Positions 19,858 to 30,304 are shown, counted from the stretch's first letter. The stretch: 47,504 nucleotides of DNA from an uncultured Methanosarcinales archaeon (GCA_964510025.1 CAZDZV010000012.1:1-47504); one strand, 5' to 3'. Numbers and translations are program-made. Notes: generated from the letters alone by a model not told the origin.

Positions 19858-19938
19858 CACTGTCAATATAAACCACGGGTATAAAAAGATTGTTGTGATG
19901 CAAAATATTTATAAAATGTCCAGACAAACAGGTTTCCC

Positions 19939-20682
19939 ATGAAGCTTTATACCGAAGAACTGGTGTTCAAGAACAGTCGTGTCAAGGTTCTGACAGACAG
20001 GAAATCGCTGATTTCTGCAGCTTATGACGAGATAATAGCGCAGAGGCAGAAGCTTGAAGATTACATCAGGAAAGATGTCTATTTCCTCACCTCGCTGAAG
20101 CCCTATAATGTCAAATCATCAGCGCCCGAGATAGCTAGGAAGATGGCGCATGGTGCCGAGATAGCAGGGGTCGGCCCTATGGCTGCAGTAGCAGGCATTA
20201 TAGCTGAGTATGCAGCCAGAAAACTTGCTGATAAGGGAGCTAAGGTAGCAGTAGTAGAGAATGGCGGCGATGTTTTCGCAATAACCGATAGGGAAATAAC
20301 AATTGGCTTGTTTTCCGGCCAGAACAAAGTGGCAGAAAAGCTTGCCTTCAGGCTGAATAAAACCAATACTCCAATATCTATATGTTCCTCCTCTTCTAAA
20401 TTAGGCCATTCTCTGAGTTTTGGAAAATGTGATCTGGCCACTGTTTTCTCTGAAAAAAGCTATGTGGCAGATTCAGCAGCCACAGCAGTTGCTAATAAGG
20501 TCAGGAAAATTTCAGATATTGACAGGACCCTTAATTGGGGCATTAGTCTGGAAGACGTGGAGGGAGTGATAATCATAAAAGGCAGCAAGGTGGGTATGAT
20601 TGGGAATATACCAAAGCTGTTTTTAAGCAAGGACTCCAGACTAAAAGATAAAATTACCAGGGACCCTATATACGAATTTTAG
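19939..20682 (+). CDS. UPF0280/COG2122 ApbE-like protein
   Basis: VGPMAAVAG, VENGGD, ICSSS..GHSLSFG..D, ADSAATA. Confidence 0.88.
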   Translation: MKLYTEELVFKNSRVKVLTDRKSLISAAYDEIIAQRQKLEDYIRKDVYFLTSLKPYNVKSSAPEIARKMAHGAEIAGVGPMAAVAGIIAEYAARKLADKGAKVAVVENGGDVFAITDREITIGLFSGQNKVAEKLAFRLNKTNTPISICSSSSKLGHSLSFGKCDLATVFSEKSYVADSAATAVANKVRKISDIDRTLNWGISLEDVEGVIIIKGSKVGMIGNIPKLFLSKDSRLKDKITRDPIYEF

Positions 20683-21006
20683 TCCTTGCTTTCCATCTCT
20701 ATTCTTCTCCTGCCCTGCATCCAATGTTTCTGCATGTGACCATACTGTGGAGATTATGCGGAATCTCTGTCCCTTAGAAAACCCTGTCACAATAGCTGAG
20801 GATATTGGTTTCCATTTTACTCACTTTTCAACAAATTCTCGCATCCTGTCTGTATCGCAGCAAACAAAGAACCAGAATGCTTCCTCTTTTTCCAGTTTAA
20901 TCACCCCATCTGATATCTATAATATATTCCAAAGCTTATATAATTAACCTATCAAGACTATATAGTTAAGGAAAAATTTATATATAGGCTTTGCTTTATG
21001 CCATGC

Positions 21007-21948
21007 ATGCAAAGGAGAAAAATCCAGCTTATTGCCGGAACAACATATTCAGTCTCTCTTCCTAAAGACTGGGTGAAGAAGAGCAACCTGGATGTCCATG
21101 ATGAGGTTGTGCTGGAAGAAAAGAACGACAGGACCCTGGTCATATCGGGTTCCAGCATAAAGCAGAAAAAATTCAATGAGATATCCATCAATGTGGATGA
21201 ATATGCCCACAACATCGACCAGATACTTTTTGCGATCTATTATTTGGGTATAGAGAACATAAATCTGTTCTCTAAGAAGGAGCTGACAAAGGACGTCAGA
21301 TCCAGGATAAGAAAGACCCTGACGCACATGAGCGGCACAGAGATCAGCTATGAGGATAAGCAGAAGATTGCTATAAAGGTGCTTCTAGATAAGTCAAAGA
21401 TCAATCTGGCCCAGATCCTCTATAGGATCTCCCTGATAATCGAGCTTACTATCTGCAACCTTACAGATAAGCTGGACATCAGCGAGGTGCGAATAAATGA
21501 GAATGAGATCGACCGCCTTTATCATCTTACATCAAAGATTATCTCTTTATCGCTGATAGACGCAAATATCCTCAACTCTTCGAGGATTAGGAATGTTTCA
21601 CTGATTCCATCTTATTTCCTTATCGCCAAGAAGCTGGAGAATATCGGTGACAATCTTAATCACCTTGCCGAGCATATCAGAAGAAGGAAACCCATGTTTG
21701 AGGGCAAGAAAGAGATACTCAACTTCATAAAAAACCAGATAAATATGGCAACAAAGCACATCATACAGGCCTTTCCAAAAGATTATGAGAAATCAAATCC
21801 AACCAGGATAAACAACTATATCTCTAAGATAAAAGACGATGTAGTCAAGGATTACCTTAAGGAGACTGTCAGGTACGTGGCAGATATCCAAGGAGAGATA
21901 GTAAACATGTCATTTTACACAAAACTGATCAAGGATAACTCTCTTTAG
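21007..21948 (+). CDS. AbrB-PhoU fusion regulator (archaeal phosphate uptake regulator family)
   Basis: RRKIQLIAGTTYSVSLPKDWV AbrB N-terminus; ENEIDRLY and KKLENIGD PhoU-like motifs. Confidence 0.82.
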   Translation: MQRRKIQLIAGTTYSVSLPKDWVKKSNLDVHDEVVLEEKNDRTLVISGSSIKQKKFNEISINVDEYAHNIDQILFAIYYLGIENINLFSKKELTKDVRSRIRKTLTHMSGTEISYEDKQKIAIKVLLDKSKINLAQILYRISLIIELTICNLTDKLDISEVRINENEIDRLYHLTSKIISLSLIDANILNSSRIRNVSLIPSYFLIAKKLENIGDNLNHLAEHIRRRKPMFEGKKEILNFIKNQINMATKHIIQAFPKDYEKSNPTRINNYISKIKDDVVKDYLKETVRYVADIQGEIVNMSFYTKLIKDNSL

Positions 21949-22355
21949 TAGTTCACCCGCATAGCATTCACAGGGCATACAGGTATGCAGGCTTCGCACA
22001 GTATGCATTTGGACTTGTCAAATTCCACTTCCATCTTGTCTCTGTCTTTGATATACAGTGCCCCTGTGGGGCAGTGGACAATGCAGGCGCTGCAGTGGGT
22101 GCATTTGTTTTCGTCTCTCTCTATGTCCTTGCTGAGCGGCTGTATAGACACATTATTCTGTCTCAGGAAAGCTATGCCCTTTTCTATGTCCTTTTCATCT
22201 CCGGTGAGCTCCATGACCAGCAGGCCCTCTTTCTCGCCCGATACCTGGGCCTTAAGTATATTGAATATCAGGTCATAGTCTTTGATTAGCTTATAGACTA
22301 TGGGCTTGTCAGTTATCTCCTTTGGAAACTTTAGCACCAGTTTCTTGCTGACCAT
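21945..22355 (-). CDS. NIL domain-2x[4Fe-4S] ferredoxin protein (MA1822/MJ0099-like partner of homocysteine biosynthesis)
   Basis: NIL domain (KPIVYKLIKDYDLIFNILKA) and two CxxCxxCxxxCP motifs. Confidence 0.88.
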   Translation of the reverse strand: MVSKKLVLKFPKEITDKPIVYKLIKDYDLIFNILKAQVSGEKEGLLVMELTGDEKDIEKGIAFLRQNNVSIQPLSKDIERDENKCTHCSACIVHCPTGALYIKDRDKMEVEFDKSKCILCEACIPVCPVNAMRVNY

Positions 22356-22356
22356 T

Positions 22357-23544
22357 TTATCCACCTAGTGATTTGAACTTTATTTGGCTGCCCTTACCAG
22401 GCAATAATTGTATAGGCTCATTTATTAAGAACTTTCCGGTTTTAATGTCTTTTTTCAGGATATTCGCTATCTCAAGCGCTTTCCTGTAAGATGATAATCC
22501 TGCAGTCGGCACATGCTTTCCTTTTATCTTGATAGAGCCTGATTTAAGCTCTGCATAGCTGGCTTGGCCAAGATTGCTAGGCCTGCAGTTCGGATAGTCT
22601 TTCCCGTAATCAACAATCGGCGCATATATATCAGAGTCCTTAACAGCAGCATATCTTAGTATATCTTCATTCAGTATAGGGATAGGGATGCCGAGCCCGA
22701 CTGTAAGCGTAACACCATATCCCCTCATGCTCGTTCCCCTGATAAAATCAGGATCCATCTTTTTCATATCACCTACAACAGCTAAGGTGCCTGCTCCGCC
22801 TATCGGTGTATCATTCTTGCTCCTTTTCTCAGATGGAGAATGCTGTGTTCCCTGCCAATAGACATGTCCCTGGGCCCCTCCAAGCCATATCTTTGTGCCG
22901 ATGCCGATGGTCTTATACAGCGGATCATTTAGCAGCGGACTCAGCTGTCCCGCTGAACAATAGTTGGCATTTCCAAATCCAGGTTTCAGTGTCCCCATAT
23001 AGGTATATATTGTCTTCTCTGTGGCGTTGACTGCCACATTATAATTCTGATAGCAGTTTCTTGGGTTGCAGAGATAGGCTTCATTTAATCCCTTTAGGTT
23101 TATCCATGCTTCAAGCGCCTTTCTTGGATAGCAGTCAGTTCCATAGGCTGTGGCTCTCAATCTCACATCCTTGCCAGCTATCAGATCCTGTATTACGTGT
23201 CCGCCCCCATACCTGAAGCTTCCTGGATGTGTGGAGTTCCCTGGATCATTCACAGCAATCTCAGTTGCACCTATATAGAGGTCAACAGCAGCTAATCCTG
23301 CGTATGCCTCTACATCATTAAGCCATGCTTTGGTGATCTTCATCTTGGGATTGGAATGCCCTGTATTGATGAAAGCCCCAGAAGAGCACATAGGCCCGAA
23401 AGTGGCTGTGGTGACCAAATCAACTTCCTTTGCAGCCTTTTTAACTCCCCTTTCTTCTACCAGGGATATTACTTCCTCTGCATTAAGCACGACAGCTTCT
23501 TTGTTCCTAATTCTTTTATTTATTTCTTCATATGATTTAAGCAT
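22357..23544 (-). CDS. Homocysteine biosynthesis protein / L-aspartate semialdehyde sulfurtransferase (DUF39, COG1900; no CBS pair)
   Basis: KSYEEINKRI, VDLVTTATFGPMCSSGA, GTDCYPR, GQLSPLLNDP, TIGIGT. Confidence 0.88.
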   Translation of the reverse strand: MLKSYEEINKRIRNKEAVVLNAEEVISLVEERGVKKAAKEVDLVTTATFGPMCSSGAFINTGHSNPKMKITKAWLNDVEAYAGLAAVDLYIGATEIAVNDPGNSTHPGSFRYGGGHVIQDLIAGKDVRLRATAYGTDCYPRKALEAWINLKGLNEAYLCNPRNCYQNYNVAVNATEKTIYTYMGTLKPGFGNANYCSAGQLSPLLNDPLYKTIGIGTKIWLGGAQGHVYWQGTQHSPSEKRSKNDTPIGGAGTLAVVGDMKKMDPDFIRGTSMRGYGVTLTVGLGIPIPILNEDILRYAAVKDSDIYAPIVDYGKDYPNCRPSNLGQASYAELKSGSIKIKGKHVPTAGLSSYRKALEIANILKKDIKTGKFLINEPIQLLPGKGSQIKFKSLGG

Positions 23545-23652
23545 TATTACACCTTTGTAGTTATCCAAATGCCCAGATTTATAAATCTTGGTGATAGAAA
23601 TATTCTTATAAGAATATAAATCCTTAAATATTAGTAAATATTGTATGTCTCT

Positions 23653-24072
23653 ATGAATAAGATAGTCTATTCTCTTGCCATATTGTTGTTGCTTCTTTCT
23701 GCTTTCACATTATATTTATGCCTGTTTCTCTTGAAAAGCTTTTTAGAGATGTCGGCAATTTCTTTTTTTCTTGCCTTAGGGGCAATATCCATGCTGATGG
23801 GCTATGCCTCTCAGTTTCTTTTCAAGAAGCTATCCACCTCTGTTCTCTCTTTTGCAGCTCCTCCCATATCCATATCTCTGATTATCTCTGTTTTAGTCTA
23901 TTTCTTGCTCAATATTCAAAAATCTCTTACAGAACAGCATATGGTGTCTTCTGCCCTGGGCATGCTCGACAATGCAGCAATTGGCATAGTGCCAAATCCG
24001 ATTCTAGGTGCTGCTGCTGTCCTGCTTTTCTCAAATATTTTTCTGCCATTCTTCCTAAGAAAAAGCAACTAG
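23653..24072 (+). CDS. Hypothetical membrane protein (about 4 TM)
   Basis: Hydrophobic ORF filling the gap; no recognised motif. Confidence 0.55.
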   Translation: MNKIVYSLAILLLLLSAFTLYLCLFLLKSFLEMSAISFFLALGAISMLMGYASQFLFKKLSTSVLSFAAPPISISLIISVLVYFLLNIQKSLTEQHMVSSALGMLDNAAIGIVPNPILGAAAVLLFSNIFLPFFLRKSN

Positions 24073-24629
24073 TGTTTCCAAATAAAGGGAAATATGGCAG
24101 CTGCAGCAAGTGCCTTGAGGATATCTCCGATGATAAACGGCACAGCCCCCAGCATCAACAGTTGAACAAATCCAGCATTTCCAAGATATATTCCAAGCCC
24201 GGTCAACCCAAAGATATAGATGACCAGGTTGCCAGCCAAAATGCAGGCAAGCACACCCTTCCTTGTCCTGCCGTGCCCTTTTTCAACCATATGGCCGACT
24301 AAGAAAGCAGCTGCTAGGAATCCGATGATATACCCTCCTGTCGGACCTAGAATTACACCAAAGCCTGAGCTGTAGCCGGCAAATACGCTGAAACCCACTA
24401 GGCCAGCTAATATATATGCCATAACGCTCAGGAAGCTCTTTCTTGAGCCGAAAAAAAAGGCAATGATCCATATCCCAAAAGTCTGCATAGTTATTGGGAC
24501 AGGCCATAAGGGAATCCTGATATTGGCCATTACTGCAAGAAATACAACACTGAACATCACCATAAATATATCTAAGAAAAGGCTTTGGTTCTTGAAGAGC
24601 ATATCATACCATGTTTCAAATTCTTCCAT
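24069..24629 (-). CDS. bioY: Biotin transporter BioY
   Basis: PVPITMQT, GPTGGYIIGF, PFIIGDILK. Confidence 0.92.
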   Translation of the reverse strand: MEEFETWYDMLFKNQSLFLDIFMVMFSVVFLAVMANIRIPLWPVPITMQTFGIWIIAFFFGSRKSFLSVMAYILAGLVGFSVFAGYSSGFGVILGPTGGYIIGFLAAAFLVGHMVEKGHGRTRKGVLACILAGNLVIYIFGLTGLGIYLGNAGFVQLLMLGAVPFIIGDILKALAAAAIFPFIWKH

Positions 24630-24723
24630 GCTATCCCTGATATAGCCGCATATTTATATTTTTTATGTTTTTAAGCAAAACATTTTAATATTCCCTAAGA
24701 TTTGCTGATATCAGGCGATTGAT

Positions 24724-25515
24724 ATGGCAACATTTGAACTGCTTAAAAAGATAAGGGAAGAGAAGCCTTTGATACATCATATTACCAACTGGGTGACGAT
24801 TTATGACTGCGCTAATATTGTCAGGGCAGTGGGTGCTCTTCCTGTGATGGCCCATGCTAAAGAAGAAGCAGGGGATATGGCAAAGATTGCAGCTGCTCTG
24901 GTCCTCAACATAGGCACCTTAACACCAGAGCTGGTCGAGTCCATGAAGATTGCCGGAAAATCAGCAGAGGAAAAGGATATTCCCATAGTGCTTGATGCAG
25001 TAGGGGCAGGAGCAACAAAACTCAGAGATGAAAAAGCATTGGAGCTCCTCAATGAGCTTAATATCTCGATAATAAAAGGCAACGGCTCAGAGATAGCGAA
25101 ATTAGCCGGTATTGAAGTGCAGACAAAAGGCGTTGAATCCGCAAAGGTGGATGCTAATCTGATAGACGTGGCAAAAAAGCTGGCAGTAGAAAGAGGGGCG
25201 ACAGTTGTGATTACCGGAAAAGAAGATATCATCACAAATGGGGAATTGGTATATGTCTGCAGCAACGGCAGCAGGATGATGGCTCAGATTGTGGGTACAG
25301 GCTGTATGGCAACATCAGTCATAGCCTCATTCGCAGCAATTGAAAAGGACTATGTGCAGGCAGCAGCCTCTGCTTTGGCAGTATTTGGCATAGCAGGTGA
25401 GCTGGCTTCCAGGAACAGCTCAGGGCCAGGCACCTTTAAGTCTTCTTTTTATGATGAGATATTTAATCTGGATGAGATGGATATTAAGGAAATGGAAAAG
25501 CTTGAAAAAAGATAG
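24724..25515 (+). CDS. thiM: Hydroxyethylthiazole kinase
   Basis: PLIHHITNWV, NIGTL, IKGNGSEI, VGTGC. Confidence 0.95.
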   Translation: MATFELLKKIREEKPLIHHITNWVTIYDCANIVRAVGALPVMAHAKEEAGDMAKIAAALVLNIGTLTPELVESMKIAGKSAEEKDIPIVLDAVGAGATKLRDEKALELLNELNISIIKGNGSEIAKLAGIEVQTKGVESAKVDANLIDVAKKLAVERGATVVITGKEDIITNGELVYVCSNGSRMMAQIVGTGCMATSVIASFAAIEKDYVQAAASALAVFGIAGELASRNSSGPGTFKSSFYDEIFNLDEMDIKEMEKLEKR

Positions 25516-26151
25516 ATGCCAAGACAAAATTTCAGATTAATTGATTTTTACTTTGTTACAGATTCAGGGCTTACTAGAAATTCAGTTATCGACGACGTCA
25601 GAGCAGCAGTTAAAGCAGGAGTCAAGATAGTCCAGTACAGGGAAAAGAGCAAGTCCACAAAAGAGATGGTTGAAGAAGCATCAAGGATAAAGGAGATATG
25701 CAGGAACAAGGCCATTTTTCTTGTCAATGACAGGATCGATGTTGCATTGGCAGTAGACGCAGATGGTGTCCATCTGGGCCAGGATGATATGCCCTACAGG
25801 ACAGCGAGAAAGATTTTGGGGGATAGGATTATCGGTTTAACAGTGCATGATATCCAGGAAGCAGCGGAATCGGAAAAACTGGGCGCTGATTATGTGGGAG
25901 CTTCACCTATTTTCACAACAAAAACAAAGCTTGATGCAGGCAAAGCAGCAGGTTTAAGGTTATTGAGGGGCATCAAGAAACATACTAATCTTCCGGTGGT
26001 TGCCATCGGAGGGATTGATCTGGAAAACGCAGGTTCGGTTATTAGGGCAGGGGCAGATTCAGCAGTTGCTATTTCCGCAGTTGTGACAAAAGATGTAGAG
26101 GTTGAATGCAGAAAATTCATAAGAAAAATCCAGGAGAGCAAGCAGGATTAG
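25516..26151 (+). CDS. thiE: Thiamine-phosphate synthase
   Basis: [27 protein letters not shown]. Confidence 0.95.
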   Translation: MPRQNFRLIDFYFVTDSGLTRNSVIDDVRAAVKAGVKIVQYREKSKSTKEMVEEASRIKEICRNKAIFLVNDRIDVALAVDADGVHLGQDDMPYRTARKILGDRIIGLTVHDIQEAAESEKLGADYVGASPIFTTKTKLDAGKAAGLRLLRGIKKHTNLPVVAIGGIDLENAGSVIRAGADSAVAISAVVTKDVEVECRKFIRKIQESKQD

Positions 26152-26297
26152 CTGGACCGAGCATTATTTTGGATGAAATTGAGGTTTATCCTAAAGTTTT
26201 GGAAATCGGTTTCAATCCGGTTTTTGGATAACATAAGGGAGGAGTCAGATTTGTATATTGCTATGAAAAAGGTTTGGAAACACCCACAAGGTAAAAA

Positions 26298-27560
26298 ATG
26301 ACCCAGCTGCAAAAAGCAAAAAACAATGAAATCACAGAAGAGATGAGATTTGTCTCTGAAGATGAGAATATAAAGCTAAGCACTCTGCTGAAAGAGGTTG
26401 CTGAAGGAAGAATCGTAATACCTGCTTCAAAAGGCCATAAGCATATTTCCCCGATAGGCATAGGAAACAAGCTTAGGGTTAAGGTCAATGCGAATATCGG
26501 CTCATCCCCTGACAAAGCATCAGACAAGGAAGAACTGGCCAAGCTGAAGATAGCGGTTGAAGCAGGAGCTGATGCTGTCATGGACCTTAGTACAGGGGAA
26601 AACATAGATAAAATCAGAAGAGAAATAATTCTTCATAGCAAGGTTCCCATCGGCACTGTCCCAATCTACCAGGCAGTGGTAGAGAAAGGGACAGTGATAG
26701 ACCTTGATGAAAAAGACTTCATTGACGGTATAAGCAAGCATATCAGGGATGGCGTTGATTTCATAACCATACATGCTGGCCTTACAAAAGCAGCTTTGCC
26801 CCTGATGAGGAAAAGGCTGATGCCTTCTGTATCAAGAGGAGGCTCTTTCATAGCGCAATGGATGGACCATCATAACAAGGAAAACCCATTATATTCAAAT
26901 TTTGACAAAATCCTGAAGCTCGCTAACAACTATGATGTAACACTAAGCCTTGGGGATGGATTGAGGCCAGGCTGCATAAAGGACAATACAGATGCTGCCC
27001 AGCTCCATGAGCTGAAGATGCTTGGGAAGCTGGCAAAGCTTGCATTCCAGGAGGATGTACAGGCCATGATCGAAGGGCCCGGCCATGTGCCTTTGAATAT
27101 GATCAAAGAGAATATGAGGCTCCAAAAAAAATATTGCAGCAATGCCCCTTTCTATGTTCTAGGGCCGATCGTGACAGATATAGCCCCGGGCTATGATCAT
27201 GTAACATCTGCGATCGGTGGAGCTTTGGCTGCATTCTACGGTGCTGATTTTCTTTGCTATGTGACAGCATCAGAGCATCTTGGTCTTCCTACTGCAGATG
27301 AGGTTAAGGAAGGGGTGATAACTGCAAGGATTGCAGCTCACGCAGCAGACATTGCCAGGGGCCTGCCTGGGGCGCAGGATTGGGACAATAGGATGTCAGA
27401 GGCAAGAGCACAGCTTGACTGGAAAAAAATGCTTGAACTTAGCATAGATTCCAAAAAGGCAACCAAGATCAAGAAAAGGTGCATGGATGCAGATCCAGAT
27501 GTGTGTTCTATGTGCGGTAAGTTCTGTTCTGTTAGGATTAGCAGCGACCTTAAACACTAG
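26298..27560 (+). CDS. thiC: Phosphomethylpyrimidine synthase
   Basis: KVNANIG, MDLSTG, SRGGS, GDGLRPG, EGPGHVP, CSMCGKFC; downstream of thiM-thiE. Confidence 0.93.
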   Translation: MTQLQKAKNNEITEEMRFVSEDENIKLSTLLKEVAEGRIVIPASKGHKHISPIGIGNKLRVKVNANIGSSPDKASDKEELAKLKIAVEAGADAVMDLSTGENIDKIRREIILHSKVPIGTVPIYQAVVEKGTVIDLDEKDFIDGISKHIRDGVDFITIHAGLTKAALPLMRKRLMPSVSRGGSFIAQWMDHHNKENPLYSNFDKILKLANNYDVTLSLGDGLRPGCIKDNTDAAQLHELKMLGKLAKLAFQEDVQAMIEGPGHVPLNMIKENMRLQKKYCSNAPFYVLGPIVTDIAPGYDHVTSAIGGALAAFYGADFLCYVTASEHLGLPTADEVKEGVITARIAAHAADIARGLPGAQDWDNRMSEARAQLDWKKMLELSIDSKKATKIKKRCMDADPDVCSMCGKFCSVRISSDLKH

Positions 27561-30228
27561 CTAGCTTTGATCTCGTTACTGTGATGAAGAACTTGCCTAT
27601 CTCCATGGCAAGGAATCCAATGCTCGATACCAATATTATCTTTAGCCAGTGTATCTGGGTAAGGGGCACAGTATTGAATACTAGCTGCAATGGCGCCCAA
27701 TATATCACCAGGATCTGGATCAATATAGATGATATCACAGCTAAAAAAAGCCACATGTTGGAAAAAGGATTCAGTTTTTCAAAAGGCTTAAAAGACCTGC
27801 TGCCCATTACAGCGAACATCTCAAACATCACAAGTGTAGTGAACGCCACTGTCTGGGCAAGCCTGAGATCCTCACTGAAATACTGGTTGAAAAGGTATAA
27901 TGTTCCCGCCCCCATAATCAGTCCAAATACGGCTATAAGAGCGATCATATGGCCCGAGATTGCCTTTTCCCTGGGATCCCTGGGGGGCCTGGTCATGACG
28001 TCTGAATCTGATTTCTCAACACTTAGGCCAAGAGCAGGAAGCCCATCTGTTATCAGGTTCATTAGGAGTATCTGTAAAGGCAGCAGGGGCAGAAAGGGGA
28101 ACATCATTATAGCGAAAAATACCGTGACGATCTCACCTGCATTGCAAGAAAGCAGATATCGTGTGGATTTGATGATTTTATCATAGATGTTGCGTCCTTC
28201 ACTTACTGCATTTACTATGGTGGCAAAGTTATCATCTACTAATATCCCTTTTGACACTTCCTTAGCAACATCTGTTCCTGTTATGCCCATGGCGATTCCA
28301 ATATCGGCTTTCTTTAGGGCAGGGGCGTCATTTACGCCATCGCCTGTCATGGCTACAACATGTCCATTTTTCTTTAAGGCATCGACTATTCTGGATTTCT
28401 GTATAGGCAAAGCCCTTGCAATTATCCTGATCTTGCTGATTTTTTTGGCAAGCTCCTTATCATCCATCTTCTCCACATCTTCCCCTGTAAGTACGAGATC
28501 ATCTTTCTTGAAAAGGCCGACTGCTTCAGCCACAGCTTTGGCAGTTATGGCATGGTCTCCTGTTATCATCATGACCCTGATACCTGCTTCTTTGCACAAT
28601 TTAATAGACTCTTCAACTTCCTGCCTTGGTGGGTCTATCATTCCTGCAAGACCAACAAAAATCAGGCCTTGCTCTACATGCTTGACATCAAATTTCTCTG
28701 ATTTTGGGACTTCCTTGTAAGCGAGACCCAGTACCCTCAAAGCCCGCTCGGCAAATTTTGTGTTAATGGCCAATATTTTTTTTCGATCAGCGGCTGTCAT
28801 ATTTCTTACCTTACCGTTTTCATTTATCCGGTCGCAACAGTTCAGCATCAGATCAGGCGCCCCTTTTACATACGCCTCTGTTTTCTTGCCCTTATACACG
28901 ACAGTCATCATCTTTCTTTCTGAGTCAAAAGGAAGTTCCTTTAGCATAGCGAATTTAGAAAAATATTTTTCGTCAAAGCCCGCTTTCCTGGCCAGGACCA
29001 CGAGGCTGCCCTCTGTGGGGTCTCCTTTGACCGTATATTTGCCCTTATCCTGGAGAAGCCTGGAATTATTACAGAGCCTTCCGATCCTTATAAATAATTC
29101 CAGCTCTTCTCTATTTATTTTCTTACCGTTTGCCGTAATTTCACCTTTTGGATCGTATCCCGAACCAGAAACCTTTATCAGCTTATCGCCGGCAAATATG
29201 TCTGTGATGGTCATCTGGTTTTTTGTCAAGGTGCCTGTCTTGTCAGAACAGATTATCGTTACAGAGCCGAGGCTTTCTGCAGCATGCAGCTTCTTTATTA
29301 TCATCTTGTTTTTTGCCAGTGTTTTGGCACCGAGGGACAGGCCTATGGTAACTATCGCAGGCAGGGAGCTTGGCACAGCAGCCACAGCAAGGCTAAGCGC
29401 GAAAATAAACAGTTCATCTACAGGGGTGCCTCCTTTGAACAGCCCGGTAGCAAAGACTATTGCTACCAGGATAATGACAGCAATCCCGATCTGCTTCGCC
29501 ATCTGCTCAAATTTGTATTGCAGCGGCGTTTTTGATGATTTGGTCGATTCAAGTGATTTGGCTATCTTGCCTAGCTCAGTCTCCATTCCTGTGGCTGTGG
29601 CTATTATCTTTCCCTTACCATATGCTACTATGCTGCTCATGAAAGCCATATTCTTCTGATCAGCTATCTTTGCCTCTTTTTTCATTATGTCAGTTGTCTT
29701 TTCCACTGCCAGCGATTCTCCGGTCAAGGAAGCCTCATCGATCTTAAGGCTGGCAGCTTCAATGATCCTTCCGTCGGCAGGCACAATATCTCCTGATTCC
29801 AGAAGAATGATGTCACCTGGTACAATCTCACCTGCAGCTATCTGCTTCTCCTTGCCGTCTCGAATTACATTGGCCATAGGCGCAGCTATTTTTTTCAGAG
29901 CCTCAATAGCCTTTTCTGCATTATATTCCTGAAAAAAACCGAGAATCGCAGAAAGCAGCACAATTGCGAAGATTGCAGAGGCGTCTATATACTCACCAAG
30001 AAAGATGCTGATTGCTGTAGCAACTAGCAGGAGGATGATCAGGAAATCTTTAAATTGATTTAGAAAAATTACAAAAACACTTGTTCTTTTGCCTTTCTTC
30101 AGCTCATTGTGGCCGTATCTCGCCAGCCTTTCTTCAGCTTCCCTATTAGAAAGCCCCTTTGCAGAGGAGCCTAGTTTCCTGATTACGTCATTAGTTGTCT
30201 GAGAGGAATAACTTTCATGCATTGGCAT
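27550..30228 (-). CDS. P2-type cation-transporting ATPase (SERCA/PacL-like scaffold with atypical M4 motif)
   Basis: TGES, DKTGTLT, KGAP, GMIDPPR, TGDGVNDAPAL; M4 reads AVPSSLP. Confidence 0.92.
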   Translation of the reverse strand: MPMHESYSSQTTNDVIRKLGSSAKGLSNREAEERLARYGHNELKKGKRTSVFVIFLNQFKDFLIILLLVATAISIFLGEYIDASAIFAIVLLSAILGFFQEYNAEKAIEALKKIAAPMANVIRDGKEKQIAAGEIVPGDIILLESGDIVPADGRIIEAASLKIDEASLTGESLAVEKTTDIMKKEAKIADQKNMAFMSSIVAYGKGKIIATATGMETELGKIAKSLESTKSSKTPLQYKFEQMAKQIGIAVIILVAIVFATGLFKGGTPVDELFIFALSLAVAAVPSSLPAIVTIGLSLGAKTLAKNKMIIKKLHAAESLGSVTIICSDKTGTLTKNQMTITDIFAGDKLIKVSGSGYDPKGEITANGKKINREELELFIRIGRLCNNSRLLQDKGKYTVKGDPTEGSLVVLARKAGFDEKYFSKFAMLKELPFDSERKMMTVVYKGKKTEAYVKGAPDLMLNCCDRINENGKVRNMTAADRKKILAINTKFAERALRVLGLAYKEVPKSEKFDVKHVEQGLIFVGLAGMIDPPRQEVEESIKLCKEAGIRVMMITGDHAITAKAVAEAVGLFKKDDLVLTGEDVEKMDDKELAKKISKIRIIARALPIQKSRIVDALKKNGHVVAMTGDGVNDAPALKKADIGIAMGITGTDVAKEVSKGILVDDNFATIVNAVSEGRNIYDKIIKSTRYLLSCNAGEIVTVFFAIMMFPFLPLLPLQILLMNLITDGLPALGLSVEKSDSDVMTRPPRDPREKAISGHMIALIAVFGLIMGAGTLYLFNQYFSEDLRLAQTVAFTTLVMFEMFAVMGSRSFKPFEKLNPFSNMWLFLAVISSILIQILVIYWAPLQLVFNTVPLTQIHWLKIILVSSIGFLAMEIGKFFITVTRSKLASV

Positions 30229-30304
30229 TTTTATTTTCAGGTTGATATATAAAGTTTGTTATATAAAAACTTTTATATATTGGGTCAAACGTACTAGGGA
30301 GCAG

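Noticed and set aside
20683..20947. 66-aa + strand ORF and several tiny Cys-containing minus-strand ORFs
   Set aside because: No recognisable family and all very short; only the RBS-preceded 24-codon frame is mentioned, tentatively
26152..26297. TPP riboswitch or small gene between thiE and thiC
   Set aside because: The conserved GCTGAGA and CCTGA...TAATxC...GGAA elements are absent. A 42-aa ORF (26173-26301) overlaps the thiC start but has no RBS or recognisable motif. It may be a decayed gene remnant.
26298..27560. BzaA/B/F (ThiC paralog for benzimidazole synthesis)
   Set aside because: Context with thiM, thiE and thiL, and no cobamide genes in the window, favours ThiC
27581..29932. + strand ORFs of 177-299 aa opposite the P-type ATPase
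   Set aside because: Antisense shadows with no motifs; the minus-strand gene is a clear conserved family
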